Source: a candidate division WOR-3 bacterium (GTDB lineage: Bacteria > Hydrothermota > Tepidihabitantia > B3-TA06 > JALVRC01). Taken from it: 44,793 nt of DNA. The stretch covers positions 1-44,793 of the forward strand of contig JALVRC010000046.1 in NCBI GenBank assembly GCA_027025255.1. The letters are read 5' to 3'. Within the stretch, counting starts at the first letter, position 1; the number at the start of each line of letters is the position of its first letter. Under the pieces are notes generated by a model. That model worked only from the letters and a program-made list of their open reading frames with translations. It was not told the DNA's origin and ran no database searches. Positions 19,233-30,063 of this stretch are shown piece by piece. The translations under genes were made by a program, and so were the position numbers.

Positions 19233-19678
19233 ATAGCCTCCAATACACCTTTAATAATTTCAATACTATAACCTCTATTGTAAAGATATCTTAAAAGCTT
19301 ATCTTTCTTACTATATACTTTTTGTTTTTTTATAACAAGTTCTTTTATGGCCTCTTTTTCAAAATTTAAAAAATCTTCCTCTTTTAAACTCTCAATAAGC
19401 TCTTTTTTAAAACCTTTTTCAAAAAGAACAGATTTCAAAGCAAGCCAGCCCTTTTTCTTATATCTAAGTGTATCAATTATAACCCTTTTTATATACTCCT
19501 CCTCTTTTAAATATCCTGCTTCTATCATATATGTAATTGTTCTCTTAATCTCTTCTAATTGATATCCTTTTCTCTTCATTCTATCTCTTAGTTCTTTTTC
19601 TGTCCTATCTCTATAACTTATAAGCATTAATGCGTATTCAACAGGTTCAACCTTCCTCTTTCTCTTCATCAACTTCAA
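19229..19678 (-). CDS. recX: Regulatory protein RecX (start may be ATG 19669)
   Basis: [10 protein letters not shown]..., L..KG and L..RGY motifs; recA-recX-alaS synteny. Confidence 0.85.
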   Translation of the reverse strand: MKLMKRKRKVEPVEYALMLISYRDRTEKELRDRMKRKGYQLEEIKRTITYMIEAGYLKEEEYIKRVIIDTLRYKKKGWLALKSVLFEKGFKKELIESLKEEDFLNFEKEAIKELVIKKQKVYSKKDKLLRYLYNRGYSIEIIKGVLEAM

Positions 19679-20678
19679 AATAAAAATCCCTCACTTCTTT
19701 TTCAAGCTTATGCAGAACATCTTCATTATCTTTTAAATAACCAATTACACTATCCCTCCCCTGGCCTAATCGTTTTTCCTTATAAGAATACCATGCACCT
19801 GCCTTATTCAATATACCTGCCTTTACTCCCATATCAACAAGTTCCCCCAACCTATCAATACCAACACCATAAATAATATCAAATTCTGCTATCCTGAACG
19901 GTGGTGCAAGTTTATTCTTAACAATTTTTACTTTTACCCTATGGCCTTTTACCTCATCTCCCTTTTTAATCGTAACACTTTTTCGTACCTCTACCCTTAA
20001 GGAAGAATGAAATTTAAGTGCAAGACCACCAGGAGTAGTTTCAGGATTACCAAACATAACCCCTATCTTCTGCCTTATCTGATTAATAAATATAGCACAT
20101 GTATTGGATTTACTTATAACAGCAGTAAGTTTTCTTAAAGCCTGTGACATAAGACGCGCCTGCAATCCGATATGAGCATCTCCCATTTCACCATCTATCT
20201 CTGCCTTTGGAACAAGTGCAGCAACTGAATCAATTACAAATATATCCAGAGCACCACTTCTGGTTAAAATCTCCGCTATTTCAAGAGCCTGTTCTCCTGT
20301 ATCTGGTTGAGAGATTAAAAGTTCGTCTAAATCAACTCCTAAAAGTGCAGCATATGTTGGATCCAATGCATGTTCAGCATCAATGAAAGCCGCCTTGCCA
20401 CCTCCCTTCTGAGCCTCAGCTATAGCCTTTAAAGCAAGGGTTGTCTTTCCACTTGCTTCTGGCCCATAAATCTCTACAACTCGCCCTCGTGGGTAACCAC
20501 CAATACCCAATGCAACATCAAGGGCAATTGAACCTGAAGGGATTATATCTACCTGCACATGCTTTCTTTCTCCCATTTTCATAACAGAACCTTTACCAAA
20601 CTGTTTTTCTATATGCGAAATAGCACTTACAAGTGCCCTTGACTTCTCGTCTAACTTATTTTCTTTTTTTACACCCAT
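19647..20678 (-). CDS. recA: Recombinase A
   Basis: [26 protein letters not shown] and [11 protein letters not shown] motifs. Confidence 0.99.
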   Translation of the reverse strand: MGVKKENKLDEKSRALVSAISHIEKQFGKGSVMKMGERKHVQVDIIPSGSIALDVALGIGGYPRGRVVEIYGPEASGKTTLALKAIAEAQKGGGKAAFIDAEHALDPTYAALLGVDLDELLISQPDTGEQALEIAEILTRSGALDIFVIDSVAALVPKAEIDGEMGDAHIGLQARLMSQALRKLTAVISKSNTCAIFINQIRQKIGVMFGNPETTPGGLALKFHSSLRVEVRKSVTIKKGDEVKGHRVKVKIVKNKLAPPFRIAEFDIIYGVGIDRLGELVDMGVKAGILNKAGAWYSYKEKRLGQGRDSVIGYLKDNEDVLHKLEKEVRDFYFEVDEEKEEG

Positions 20679-20690
20679 AAAATCTCCTTT

Positions 20691-22508
20691 TTATAAAACT
20701 GTGACACTTTTAGCCAGATTTCTCGGTTTATCTACATCACATCCTTTTAATGTTGCTACGTGATAAGCAAAAAGCTGCAGTGGTATAGCCACTATAAACG
20801 GTAAAAGAAACTCATCTACATCTGGTAAAGCTATAAAGTCCTTAGAAAGACTCTTTAGATGCTTATCGCCTTTAGTCCCTATCCCTATTACTCTTGCTCC
20901 TCTTGAAACTATCTCTTCAACATTAGAAATCATTTTTTTGTAATTACTATCCTCTGGAGCAATAACGATAACAGGTGTATCCTTATCAATAAGGGATATA
21001 GGTCCATGCTTCAACTCGCCGGCAGGATAAGCAGATGCATAAATATATGAAATTTCCTTTAACTTTAAAGCTCCTTCTAATGCTGAAGCTAAATTTAATC
21101 CCCTTCCGAGAAACAAAAAATTCTGAGCATACTGATAGCGAGTACTTAAACGCTTAATATGCTTATCTTCTTTTAAAACAGCTCTCATAAGAAAAGGTAA
21201 GTCTTGAATAGCATTTTTCACACGTTTAATGGAATATCCTTTCAACTCTGCCATTAATAGAGAAAATGCCAACAGAGACATGAGCTGAGAAGTATACGTT
21301 TTTGTTGCAGCCACACCAACCTCAACTCCAGCTCCTGTATAAATAGTGCTATTAGACTCTCTTTCAATAGAGGTTTTTATATTGTTTACTACAGAAAGCA
21401 CGCTTATATTAAGCTCCTTTTTGGCAAGCCTTAAGGCCTCAAGAGTATCCGCTGTCTCTCCAGACTGTGAGACAGCAATCATTAAAGGGTAATCTTTAAA
21501 CGACGTAATCCTATCTATAAACTCTGAAGCAATCTCAACATCAGTATGGATATGAGCAAATTTTTCAAGATAATATCTACCGACAAGAGAAGCATGATAT
21601 GAGGTACCACATGCCTCAATAATAATTCTGTCTATCTGTTTTAAGAAATCCCTTCTGCATCGGAATTCAGGTCCTAATAAAATATGCTTTTTAAAAAATC
21701 TCTGAATCTGTTTCTCAATAATGTCTGGCTGTTCCATTATCTCTTTTCTCATAAAATGGGCATAACGCCCCTTACTCACCTTCTCAAACTCTCTGTCTAA
21801 AGGGACAAAAGATGTCTCCTTTTCTTTCCCATTCCTTGTATAGATTTTTATTCCCTTATCCTTCTCCGCAATAACTATCTCTCCATCCTCAAGAGGGTAA
21901 ATTCGCTTAGCAATACCTATTAGAGCATAAGGGTCAGATGCAATAATATAATCGTTTCTATCTCCAATCCCTGCCACAAGAGGACTGCCCTGCCTAATTC
22001 CAAGAATAGTATTTGGGAATTGCTTATCTATAACCCCCAGAGCATAACTACCTTCAAGTTGTTTAAGAATATATAAAGATTTTTTTAATAAATTACCCTT
22101 AATTCTCTCAAACAAATGAGGGACTATCTCGGAATCAGTAATAGATACAAGCTTATGACCTTCCTTAATCAGTTCTTCCCTTAATTCATTATAGTTCTCT
22201 ATAATACCGTTATGAACAACCGCTGTATTTTTATTACAGTCTGTAAAAGGATGGGCATTATTTTCACTAACTTTCCCGTGGGTTGCCCACCGAGTATGTC
22301 CTATCCCTATGTTTGAGCTTAAATAGACACCATCTAATACTTGCTTCAATTTCTGAAGCCTGCCTACAACTTTTTTTATAAACAGCTTATCCTGTTCAAC
22401 TGTTGCTATGCCGCAAGAATCATATCCTCTATACTCAAGTCTTTCAAGCCCAACAAGTATTACAGATTTGACATCTCTGTCGCCAGTATACCCTACTATT
22501 CCACACAT
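20691..22508 (-). CDS. glmS: Glutamine--fructose-6-phosphate aminotransferase
   Basis: MCGIVG, GHTRWATHG, SQSGETADT, EGALKLKE, ELKHGP and PRNLAKSVTV motifs. Confidence 0.98.
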   Translation of the reverse strand: MCGIVGYTGDRDVKSVILVGLERLEYRGYDSCGIATVEQDKLFIKKVVGRLQKLKQVLDGVYLSSNIGIGHTRWATHGKVSENNAHPFTDCNKNTAVVHNGIIENYNELREELIKEGHKLVSITDSEIVPHLFERIKGNLLKKSLYILKQLEGSYALGVIDKQFPNTILGIRQGSPLVAGIGDRNDYIIASDPYALIGIAKRIYPLEDGEIVIAEKDKGIKIYTRNGKEKETSFVPLDREFEKVSKGRYAHFMRKEIMEQPDIIEKQIQRFFKKHILLGPEFRCRRDFLKQIDRIIIEACGTSYHASLVGRYYLEKFAHIHTDVEIASEFIDRITSFKDYPLMIAVSQSGETADTLEALRLAKKELNISVLSVVNNIKTSIERESNSTIYTGAGVEVGVAATKTYTSQLMSLLAFSLLMAELKGYSIKRVKNAIQDLPFLMRAVLKEDKHIKRLSTRYQYAQNFLFLGRGLNLASALEGALKLKEISYIYASAYPAGELKHGPISLIDKDTPVIVIAPEDSNYKKMISNVEEIVSRGARVIGIGTKGDKHLKSLSKDFIALPDVDEFLLPFIVAIPLQLFAYHVATLKGCDVDKPRNLAKSVTVL

Positions 22509-23803
22509 AAAGCTTTAATCTCTTCATAAAGGGAAAATGCAAGCTCAGATGAATCCGCCTCAATTATAACCCTGAAAACATCTTCTGTATTTGAAGGTCT
22601 AACATGAATAAAGAAATTAGGAGCTTCTATAAGTATACCATCATCTTCATAGGAATCTAAATTACCAGATTTATCCTTCAGATGATATTTTATACTTGCA
22701 AATTTCTTTTTTGCTGGGAATTTATCCTTAATCATATACAACCGAGGGAAAGAATCAATCAAACTCTCGATATTCTCTTCACTATAAAGAGCTCCCATAG
22801 CAAGCATACCGACCATTCCATCCCTTGTTGCATTGAATCCGGAAAGGATTACACCACCATTCCCTTCACCACCATATTTACTATGATGCTTCTTTATAGA
22901 ATCAACAACATTTGCTTCTCCTACAGGGGCTCTATAGAGCTTTACATTATAAAGAGATGCTATATAATCTATTATTTTGGAAGTAGAGTAATTTACGACA
23001 ATACTACCTTTTTTGTGGTTTAGAAAATAATAAAGAGACAGTGCTAAACTAACCTCTTCACCAACAGCCTCTCCATTCTCTAAAATAAAACTCACCCTAT
23101 CACCGTCAGGATCAAAACCAAATCCCATGTCCAATTTATTTTTTATAACAAAGGCTGAAAGTTTTTCCAGATTATCTCTTGTAGGTTCTGGCCCCCTTTC
23201 AAAAGCATATTTATATTGATAATGTAAAGGGGAAACCTTTGCTCCAAAGGCTTCTAATATTTTTTTAGCAGCTGGATAGGCAGCACCATTTATCGTATCT
23301 ATTCCCACTTTAAATGGCAATTTTAAATTTTTGAAGAAAGGCTCTTCTTTAAGAGACTTTATGTAAATATCAACTAAATCCACTTTCTTTTCTTTAAATT
23401 TCTTTTCCTCAATATCTCCAATAAAATCTTCTATAAATTTTTTAAATTTCTCAACCTTTTTACCATTCAAAAATCTCCCATCAGCTATAAACTTTATGCC
23501 GTTCCATTGTTCAGGATTATGACTCGCTGTAATCATCATTGCAGGTATTCCGAAGTACTTACTTCCAAAAACAGCAATAGGCGTTGGGACAATATGTGCA
23601 TAAACAACACTGGCTCCAGCAGCAGAAACTCCTCTCTTCACAGCGTCTGCGTACTCTTCTCCCGTGTTCCTACCATCTCTTGCAATAAGTACTTTATCCG
23701 CTTTTGTATACTTAGTAAAAAGATATGCATACTTCCTCATCAAACGGGAATTTATATCTATATCTACAATCCCTCTAAGACCTGAAACAGTAAATTTTAA
23801 CAT
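22496..23803 (-). CDS. Phosphohexomutase (GlmM/PMM family)
   Basis: TASHNP, DPDGDR, GGEGNGG and RPSNTE motifs. Adjacency to glmS suggests phosphoglucosamine mutase. Confidence 0.85.
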   Translation of the reverse strand: MLKFTVSGLRGIVDIDINSRLMRKYAYLFTKYTKADKVLIARDGRNTGEEYADAVKRGVSAAGASVVYAHIVPTPIAVFGSKYFGIPAMMITASHNPEQWNGIKFIADGRFLNGKKVEKFKKFIEDFIGDIEEKKFKEKKVDLVDIYIKSLKEEPFFKNLKLPFKVGIDTINGAAYPAAKKILEAFGAKVSPLHYQYKYAFERGPEPTRDNLEKLSAFVIKNKLDMGFGFDPDGDRVSFILENGEAVGEEVSLALSLYYFLNHKKGSIVVNYSTSKIIDYIASLYNVKLYRAPVGEANVVDSIKKHHSKYGGEGNGGVILSGFNATRDGMVGMLAMGALYSEENIESLIDSFPRLYMIKDKFPAKKKFASIKYHLKDKSGNLDSYEDDGILIEAPNFFIHVRPSNTEDVFRVIIEADSSELAFSLYEEIKALCVE

Positions 23804-23809
23804 ACTATA

Positions 23810-23837
23810 ATTTTAACAAAAAAATCCTAAAAGTCAA
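23810..23837 (-). promoter_or_regulatory. sigma70-like promoter TTGACT-N16-TAAAAT, 6 nt before the mutase ATG
   Basis: + strand ATTTTA 23810-23815 and AGTCAA 23832-23837, overlapping the end of the upstream gene. Confidence 0.7.
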
Positions 23838-24225
23838 GTAATTTTTTTAGTGTATCCATTATATCATTTTTTGTCAAAAATTGTATTTCCATCCCTTCAA
23901 TAAAAACATACTTTCTCCCATCTCTCTTCTCTGGTTCATCAACAGAAAAAATGTCAGGAATCATTCTCAATCCCAAACCCACAAAATATTTACTAAAAGA
24001 AAGTACTATAAAGAAATTGTCTTTGGCATAGTTCCTTTTTAACAGAAGAGATGTATTCACCAGATAGAGTGGTTTGTTCATATACTGTAAGACCTTAAAC
24101 ATGTCGCCTTTTTCTCTTGGTAAAGATGTAATTTCAAACTCATTAATATCCTCAACTCTAATAACATCATACTTGGGAATAGCATAAAGAGTCTCACTTA
24201 CCTCAAAAATAAATACATCAATCAT
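23827..24225 (-). CDS. Degenerate CheW-like protein
   Basis: F+FEV.E.LYAI...V.RV...ITSLP pattern; last gene of the chemosensory operon. Confidence 0.6.
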   Translation of the reverse strand: MIDVFIFEVSETLYAIPKYDVIRVEDINEFEITSLPREKGDMFKVLQYMNKPLYLVNTSLLLKRNYAKDNFFIVLSFSKYFVGLGLRMIPDIFSVDEPEKRDGRKYVFIEGMEIQFLTKNDIMDTLKKLLDF

Positions 24226-24521
24226 TGCTCACCCCTTATAATAATGAAAAATGCCTTTTTGTTCTCAAACGCAATATGTGTCAATGGGTAAGCCTTTATA
24301 AAATCCGGGATCTTAAATATTCTTTCTAATTCAATATCAACAATCCCTGCGACACTTACTCCTCTTATATAAGTATTATCCTTAAAAACTACAAAAATAT
24401 TACCTTCTCCCCTTAATAAAGGCCTTACATCAGTAGAAACCTGTTCATGAGTTTTTAAAATCTCCTCAACTTTAACCCCTATTATAATCCCCTCATCTGT
24501 TTTCACCCTTAATATCTTCAT
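24222..24521 (-). CDS. Small, highly divergent CheW-like protein
   Basis: GVKVEEI...V.GIV.I....IFKIP pattern; stop/start overlaps with both neighbours. Confidence 0.4.
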   Translation of the reverse strand: MKILRVKTDEGIIIGVKVEEILKTHEQVSTDVRPLLRGEGNIFVVFKDNTYIRGVSVAGIVDIELERIFKIPDFIKAYPLTHIAFENKKAFFIIIRGEQ

Positions 24522-27115
24522 ACAGTAGCATACCTCCTTACTATAGACATCAAATCATCCCTTGTGTAAGGCTTTGTCAGAAAATCTTCAGCACCGTAAC
24601 CATAAACTTCAGTCTTATGCTGCAAACCGCTTCGAGCTGAAATTACAACAATATGTATATTCCTTGCCCATGAAATATTCCTTACGGCTTTTATAAGTTC
24701 AATTCCATTCATAACAGGCATCTCCAGATCAGTAATTACAAGATTATATTTTTTGTTCTTTATCTTTTGTAAAGCTTCTCTCCCATCAGAAGCAGTTTCT
24801 ACAGAATATTTTTCCTTTAAAAGCATTCTTGAAATAAAACGCCTAACACTTGGAGAATCATCCACAACAAGTATATCGCCCTTCTGTGAAGGTTCATCCA
24901 ATTCTTTGATATTTTCCTCGTCATAAGGAGAAACTTCTTTCTTAACCTGAATCTCTTTAATCTTTTCAAGACTTACAAGCCTTACAGGATTAAGAATTAA
25001 TACAACTCTTCCGGTACCACTTATAGTAGCACCTGAAAAATACTTTATCCTGCTAACTGGCAAAGGCAGGTATTTAATAAGTATTTGCTCCCTTTCAAGA
25101 ATATTATCCACTTTTATCCCAACTTTCCCCTCAGGATACCGAACAACTATAATAAAGCCTCTCTTACCATTCTTCTGTGAAGAATCTATCTTAAGGATAT
25201 CTGATAACCCTACAAATGGGATCAAAACATCCCTTAACCTGAAATAATGCAATCCAGCAATTTTACTAATTTTATCCTCACTAAATTCTTCCACTCGTAC
25301 AATTGACGAAATAGGGAAAAGAAATATCTGATTCCCTTCCTTTACATAAACTGCTTCACTAATACCTATTGTTATAGGAAAGCTCAAAATAATACGAATC
25401 CCTTCATTCGTTTTTGATTCTACATCTATACTTCCATTTAGCTCCTCAACAGTATTTTTCACAATATCAAGACCAACACCTCTACCTGAATAAAAACCAG
25501 CTTTATCCATTGTTGTAAATCCAGGATTAAATAAAAACTGGATTAGCTCATCGTGAGAAACCCTGCTCTCTGGAGCTAAAAGCCCTTCCTCTACTGCTTT
25601 GTCCTTTATAACATCATAATCGAGCCCTCTTCCGTCATCATTAATCTCAAGTACTACCCTGTTTATGGTAGAATAAGCAAGCAATGTAATATTCCCTATC
25701 GCTGGTTTACCTTTTTCTATTCTGTTTTCTTTAGTCTCTATTCCATGCTCTACTGCATTTTTTAAAAGATGAAGGAAAGGATCTATCATCTTATTTATAA
25801 TTCTTTTATCAATTAACGTCTCTTCGCCTTTTATTATAATATTTACCTTTTTCCCCAGTCTGTCAGCCATATCACGAATTACACGCTTGAAGCGTCCAAA
25901 TAACTGAATCACCGGGACCATCCTTATATGAAGAACCTCCTCCTGCAGCTTATTAACCAATAGTGAATATCTATTAGTCTCTTCTTCTACTACATGTAAC
26001 TTATTTTCAAAAGATGCAGTATAATCTTTAAGCCCTATAATAACATTATTCAGCCTTCTCTCAAGATTATCATAACGTGAAAAAGTTGCAAGTTCTGCAG
26101 GAGAAAGAGAACTTTTATAAAGGGTAAGTTCCCCCTTAAGGATTTCAAAACCTCTATATATTTCCATTATCTGTTTTAACAATCTTTCAACATCATTACC
26201 AAGGTTAAACAATTTACCGAATTTATTTAAAAGAAGGGATTTATTAATATTCAGCTCTGAAGAAAGGTTTAAAAGGCTGTCAAGCCTATCAAGAGGAATT
26301 CGTATATCCTTCTCTCTTACGCTTTCTACTGAAGGTTCCTCCTCTAACTGGCCGATATCCATTTCTGTCGTTTTAATATGTTCTTTAATACGCTCTAATG
26401 CTCCTATTATTTCTTGTTTAACAATACCTGTATCAAGACCATCCCTCTTTATTCTATCAATCATTCCTCTAATTAAATCAATTCCAGTAAATACTGTATT
26501 AAAATCTTCCTTAGAAAGTTGTAATTCGCCTTTCTCCATAGCTTCAAAAATATCTTCTAAAAGATGAGCCACAGAAGAAAGCTCCATAAACCCCAGCATA
26601 GCTGCTGAGCCTTTAATGGTATGTGCAATCCTCATTAATGAATGAAGATCCTCTTTTTGAAGATTATTCTCAATATCTACAATAATACTGTCAAGCTCGT
26701 TAAGATGCTCTCTTACTTCCTCCATAAATATTTCGAGTAGTTCTGAATCAATACCTTCATCCTCTTTTTCTTCTTCCATTTTTTTCTCTGTCTTTTCCTC
26801 TTTTGATACTTCCCCTTCCTTTATACCTTCAGAAACGTGTTTAAGTGGTTGAACTAACTTATTCTTAGTATCTTCTATGCTTTCAACAGTTCTTATCGTA
26901 TTTTTCAATATTTCTTTTGCCCTATCCTTTTCATTGTTGAGCAAATATTTATTAACTTCAAGTAATACATTGGTAATTTCACTGTCAAAACTATCTTTAA
27001 AACCATCTATAATAGCTAATAAAATAGAAGATATTGTTTCTTTATCAAAACCCTTTTCATCAATTAAATGAATAAGATCCTTTAATTGTATTAAAAATTC
27101 AGCTCTCTCAGTCAT
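24518..27115 (-). CDS. cheA: Hybrid chemotaxis kinase CheA with C-terminal receiver (ChpA/PilL-like)
   Basis: Hpt AHTIKGSA, RMVP, N-box HLLKNAVEHGIE, DDGRG, PGFTT, SGRGVGLD, a CheW domain, and REC VDDS...TDLEMP...KP. Confidence 0.93.
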   Translation of the reverse strand: MTERAEFLIQLKDLIHLIDEKGFDKETISSILLAIIDGFKDSFDSEITNVLLEVNKYLLNNEKDRAKEILKNTIRTVESIEDTKNKLVQPLKHVSEGIKEGEVSKEEKTEKKMEEEKEDEGIDSELLEIFMEEVREHLNELDSIIVDIENNLQKEDLHSLMRIAHTIKGSAAMLGFMELSSVAHLLEDIFEAMEKGELQLSKEDFNTVFTGIDLIRGMIDRIKRDGLDTGIVKQEIIGALERIKEHIKTTEMDIGQLEEEPSVESVREKDIRIPLDRLDSLLNLSSELNINKSLLLNKFGKLFNLGNDVERLLKQIMEIYRGFEILKGELTLYKSSLSPAELATFSRYDNLERRLNNVIIGLKDYTASFENKLHVVEEETNRYSLLVNKLQEEVLHIRMVPVIQLFGRFKRVIRDMADRLGKKVNIIIKGEETLIDKRIINKMIDPFLHLLKNAVEHGIETKENRIEKGKPAIGNITLLAYSTINRVVLEINDDGRGLDYDVIKDKAVEEGLLAPESRVSHDELIQFLFNPGFTTMDKAGFYSGRGVGLDIVKNTVEELNGSIDVESKTNEGIRIILSFPITIGISEAVYVKEGNQIFLFPISSIVRVEEFSEDKISKIAGLHYFRLRDVLIPFVGLSDILKIDSSQKNGKRGFIIVVRYPEGKVGIKVDNILEREQILIKYLPLPVSRIKYFSGATISGTGRVVLILNPVRLVSLEKIKEIQVKKEVSPYDEENIKELDEPSQKGDILVVDDSPSVRRFISRMLLKEKYSVETASDGREALQKIKNKKYNLVITDLEMPVMNGIELIKAVRNISWARNIHIVVISARSGLQHKTEVYGYGAEDFLTKPYTRDDLMSIVRRYATV

Positions 27116-27117
27116 TT

Positions 27118-28854
27118 CTAAAGCTTAAATCTTTCCACGTTCTTTACAAGCTTATCAGCTAAATCTTTTAATTTTTCGGATAATTCAGTTGTCTGTTTAC
27201 TCATATCCATAGCTTTTTCTGATAAAGTTCTAATGTCTCTTGTCTGATCTGCAACCTGTTTAGTAACTTCTGCTTCTTTACGGAATTTATCAGAGGTTTC
27301 TCTGATTTTTTCAGTAGCACGTTTAACAGCTTCAAGGATTTCAACCATAACCTGTCTTGCTTCAGATGCAAATTTGGCACTATCTTCCACCTTTTTTGTT
27401 CCAACATCCATAGTCTCCACTGCTTCTCCTGTCTCAGACTGAATTCCTTTAATCAGGGTAGCAATATCCTTTGCCGCTTTTGAAGAACGTTCTGCTAATT
27501 TCCTTATTTCTTCAGCAATCACAGTAAAGCCTCTACCGGCTTCTCCAGCTCTCGCTGCTTCTGTAGCAGCATTTAACGCAAGTAAATTAGTCTGTCTTGA
27601 AATTTCCTCTATTACTCCTACTATTTCACCGATCTCAATAACAGTTTCTCCAAGCCCTTTAATTTTGACAGCGGTTTCTTCTACTATATCACGTATATTT
27701 TCAATTTCCTCAATAGAACGTACAACGTTAGTTGAACCCTTTTCAACAAGAGTAGAGGTCTCCTCTGCTGTTTTTGCAGTATTTTCAGTGTCTTCAGCAA
27801 GAGAAATAATGTCTTTTTCCAGGGCTTCCATCATATTTGAAATACCTTCTACTTTTTTCACCTGTTCAGCTGATAACTCAGTAATTTCTAATCCAGCAGC
27901 TCTAATACTCTTAACCCCTTCATCCATCCCAAAAGCTGTAGTTTTCGTTTCCTTAAACAAACTTCCAAGCTCATCCATCATCATATTGAATGCATCAGCA
28001 ATTGAACCTAACCTATCAGCAGTAACTTCAAGCCTTTTTGTAAAATCACCCATAGCAGCATCTGATATAATCTCCATAAAACGTATTAATCGTTTATTCA
28101 TTGCATCTCTCTCAGCCTCTGTTTCCACAAAACCCTTCATTTTTTCCATTGTTTCATTCAATGTACGAGCTAAGAACCCTATCTCATCCTCTCCTTCAAC
28201 CTGAGCTTTAACATCAAGATTTCCTCTTCCCATCTCCTCTGCTACCTCAATTGTTTTTGTCAAAGGCTCAATAGTATAATTGGCTACAAGATATAAAATA
28301 CCCCCTAAGACTACAAGAGCTATTAAAAATATTAAGGATGCGTTTAAGATATAACCTAAAACCAATTTTGCCGGAGGGACAAAAGCACCTACATGAATTA
28401 TTGCTTGTCTTTCGCCAATTGTTACAGGCATTGCAATATCTATTATCCCATTATCAATAGAAATCGCCTCTTTCTTAAGATTCGCTTCGTTTTTAAATGA
28501 TATCTCTTTAAAGCTTGGAGGAATTTTAAACGTATGAGCCAACAAACTACCATTTTTATCTTTTATAACTATATGCCTTATAAGCTTGGGATTATGTCTT
28601 TGAACAGCCTTTATGTGCTTCTCAACCTCATCAATTGTCATCTTATTCTCTTCTATCTCCTTTTTCAAGCTATTAACAGTTGACCTTACAATCTTCTTTC
28701 TGTTATCTAAAAGCTGATTATTGATAGCGAATGAAGAAAAGAATATAATAGTAAACCCAAAAATAGCAAGCACAACTAAAGGAATTAGAAACACCTTTGT
28801 TTTAAAACTTAAATTCGTTATCCATCTTTTTAAAAAATTACTACCTTCTGCCAT
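27118..28854 (-). CDS. Methyl-accepting chemotaxis protein (PilJ-like): 2 TM, small periplasmic sensor, 2 HAMP, MA domain
   Basis: [23 protein letters not shown] hairpin tip; HAMP DEIG.LA; strong AGGAGG SD. Confidence 0.93.
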   Translation of the reverse strand: MAEGSNFLKRWITNLSFKTKVFLIPLVVLAIFGFTIIFFSSFAINNQLLDNRKKIVRSTVNSLKKEIEENKMTIDEVEKHIKAVQRHNPKLIRHIVIKDKNGSLLAHTFKIPPSFKEISFKNEANLKKEAISIDNGIIDIAMPVTIGERQAIIHVGAFVPPAKLVLGYILNASLIFLIALVVLGGILYLVANYTIEPLTKTIEVAEEMGRGNLDVKAQVEGEDEIGFLARTLNETMEKMKGFVETEAERDAMNKRLIRFMEIISDAAMGDFTKRLEVTADRLGSIADAFNMMMDELGSLFKETKTTAFGMDEGVKSIRAAGLEITELSAEQVKKVEGISNMMEALEKDIISLAEDTENTAKTAEETSTLVEKGSTNVVRSIEEIENIRDIVEETAVKIKGLGETVIEIGEIVGVIEEISRQTNLLALNAATEAARAGEAGRGFTVIAEEIRKLAERSSKAAKDIATLIKGIQSETGEAVETMDVGTKKVEDSAKFASEARQVMVEILEAVKRATEKIRETSDKFRKEAEVTKQVADQTRDIRTLSEKAMDMSKQTTELSEKLKDLADKLVKNVERFKL

Positions 28855-28872
28855 CTTTCCTCCTTTTAAGAT

Positions 28873-28917
28873 TTCTGCAGTACCTTTGCAAACATAGTTT
28901 GCAAAGGTACTGCAGAA
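28873..28917. repeat. Perfect 21-bp inverted repeat with 3-nt loop (RNA stem-loop)
   Basis: TTCTGCAGTACCTTTGCAAAC-ATA-GTTTGCAAAGGTACTGCAGAA, between the beta-barrel and MCP genes. Confidence 0.95.
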
Positions 28918-28923
28918 TAATAC

Positions 28924-30054
28924 CTATTTTATACTAAGGCCTACTATTAATTCAGGCCTAAGTATAGTAAACTTATCATAACCCTCATAGGCTTCGTCTG
29001 AATAAGACCTGTTATAGTATCTGAACCTGGTCATAAGCCAGGAAGGACCAACACTCACCTTGTATGCAATAAATCCGTATAAGGTATTCAAACCAACCTT
29101 TGCAGTATCCTGAAACGCATCATTGTAATATGGAACACGACTATACATACCATACTCAAATCCAAAATGGATACTACCAGGACCAACCTTTGGAGACACA
29201 AACCTGAATTTAACGAGCAACCCATTACTCTTTACAAAATCTGATACCGGAACTATATTACTGTCACTCACTTCATACATTGTATATGCAACCTGGAGAT
29301 TGGTCTTTGAACCCCTCAATCCAAGATAAAAATCAGGACCTACTGTCTTCCTGTACGCTATCTTACCGGTAGATGCTCCTAAATCCTCTTCTCCAAACAG
29401 TATCACTGGACCTATCTTAAACGTATTTGTACCTGAACTTATCCTTAATCCAAAATCAAGCATGTCATATCCATATGTTTTAACTGTATCAATCTCTGTT
29501 GAATTATTCCCTAACTCTCCCTTTGTAAGGATAAACGGATTAATCTCAATATTCTTCATAGGCTTGAACCCAAACCACAAACCATCTCCTGAAACATGCT
29601 TATAAACCTTAAAATAATCACCAACTACATTCTTATTCCAGGGATTATAGTGCAGGTCAAAAATACCACTGTTAGGAAGAGGTATCCTACCAACCTTAAA
29701 ACAGAATTTCTCATTCTTGTAAGCAATAAAAAATCTATCAAAGCCAATGTTATATCCTTTTAAAGAATCATTAAGAACTACACAGGCTGCTGGTGTTAAA
29801 AATGTCATTCTCGTTCCCATAATCCAGCCATTCTCATACTTTACATGAACGCAAACATACATAGAGCCTAACACATCAATGTCCATTGATTTCATATCTG
29901 GCAGTCTTAAAGAATCTACATCATTACCATCCTGCATAGTTTTCATTACATCTCTTAATAAAAACCATCCACCACTCTTTATATTTACTTCTGGCTCCGC
30001 AAACAAACCCCCAATAGCCCCCATTATAAGCAAAACCGTTCCTACTACCCTCAT
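28924..30054 (-). CDS. Putative outer-membrane beta-barrel (porin-like)
   Basis: Signal peptide ending GLFA; alternating aromatic/hydrophobic strands; DRFFIAY......FKVGR resembles a porin/alginate-export motif. Confidence 0.65.
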   Translation of the reverse strand: MRVVGTVLLIMGAIGGLFAEPEVNIKSGGWFLLRDVMKTMQDGNDVDSLRLPDMKSMDIDVLGSMYVCVHVKYENGWIMGTRMTFLTPAACVVLNDSLKGYNIGFDRFFIAYKNEKFCFKVGRIPLPNSGIFDLHYNPWNKNVVGDYFKVYKHVSGDGLWFGFKPMKNIEINPFILTKGELGNNSTEIDTVKTYGYDMLDFGLRISSGTNTFKIGPVILFGEEDLGASTGKIAYRKTVGPDFYLGLRGSKTNLQVAYTMYEVSDSNIVPVSDFVKSNGLLVKFRFVSPKVGPGSIHFGFEYGMYSRVPYYNDAFQDTAKVGLNTLYGFIAYKVSVGPSWLMTRFRYYNRSYSDEAYEGYDKFTILRPELIVGLSIK

Positions 30055-30063
30055 TTTACCTCC

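Noticed and set aside
20679..20690. SOS box or dedicated recA promoter
   Set aside because: The 12-nt gap holds only an SD; no recognisable LexA palindrome.
22496..22560. glmS ribozyme
   Set aside because: glmS overlaps the upstream mutase gene, leaving no leader.
27665..28204. 179-aa + strand ORF, and similar ones (202..537, 33307..33660, 38752..39099, 40475..40861)
   Set aside because: Antisense shadows of well-supported genes, with Ser/Phe/Ile-rich composition mirroring Glu/Lys codons.
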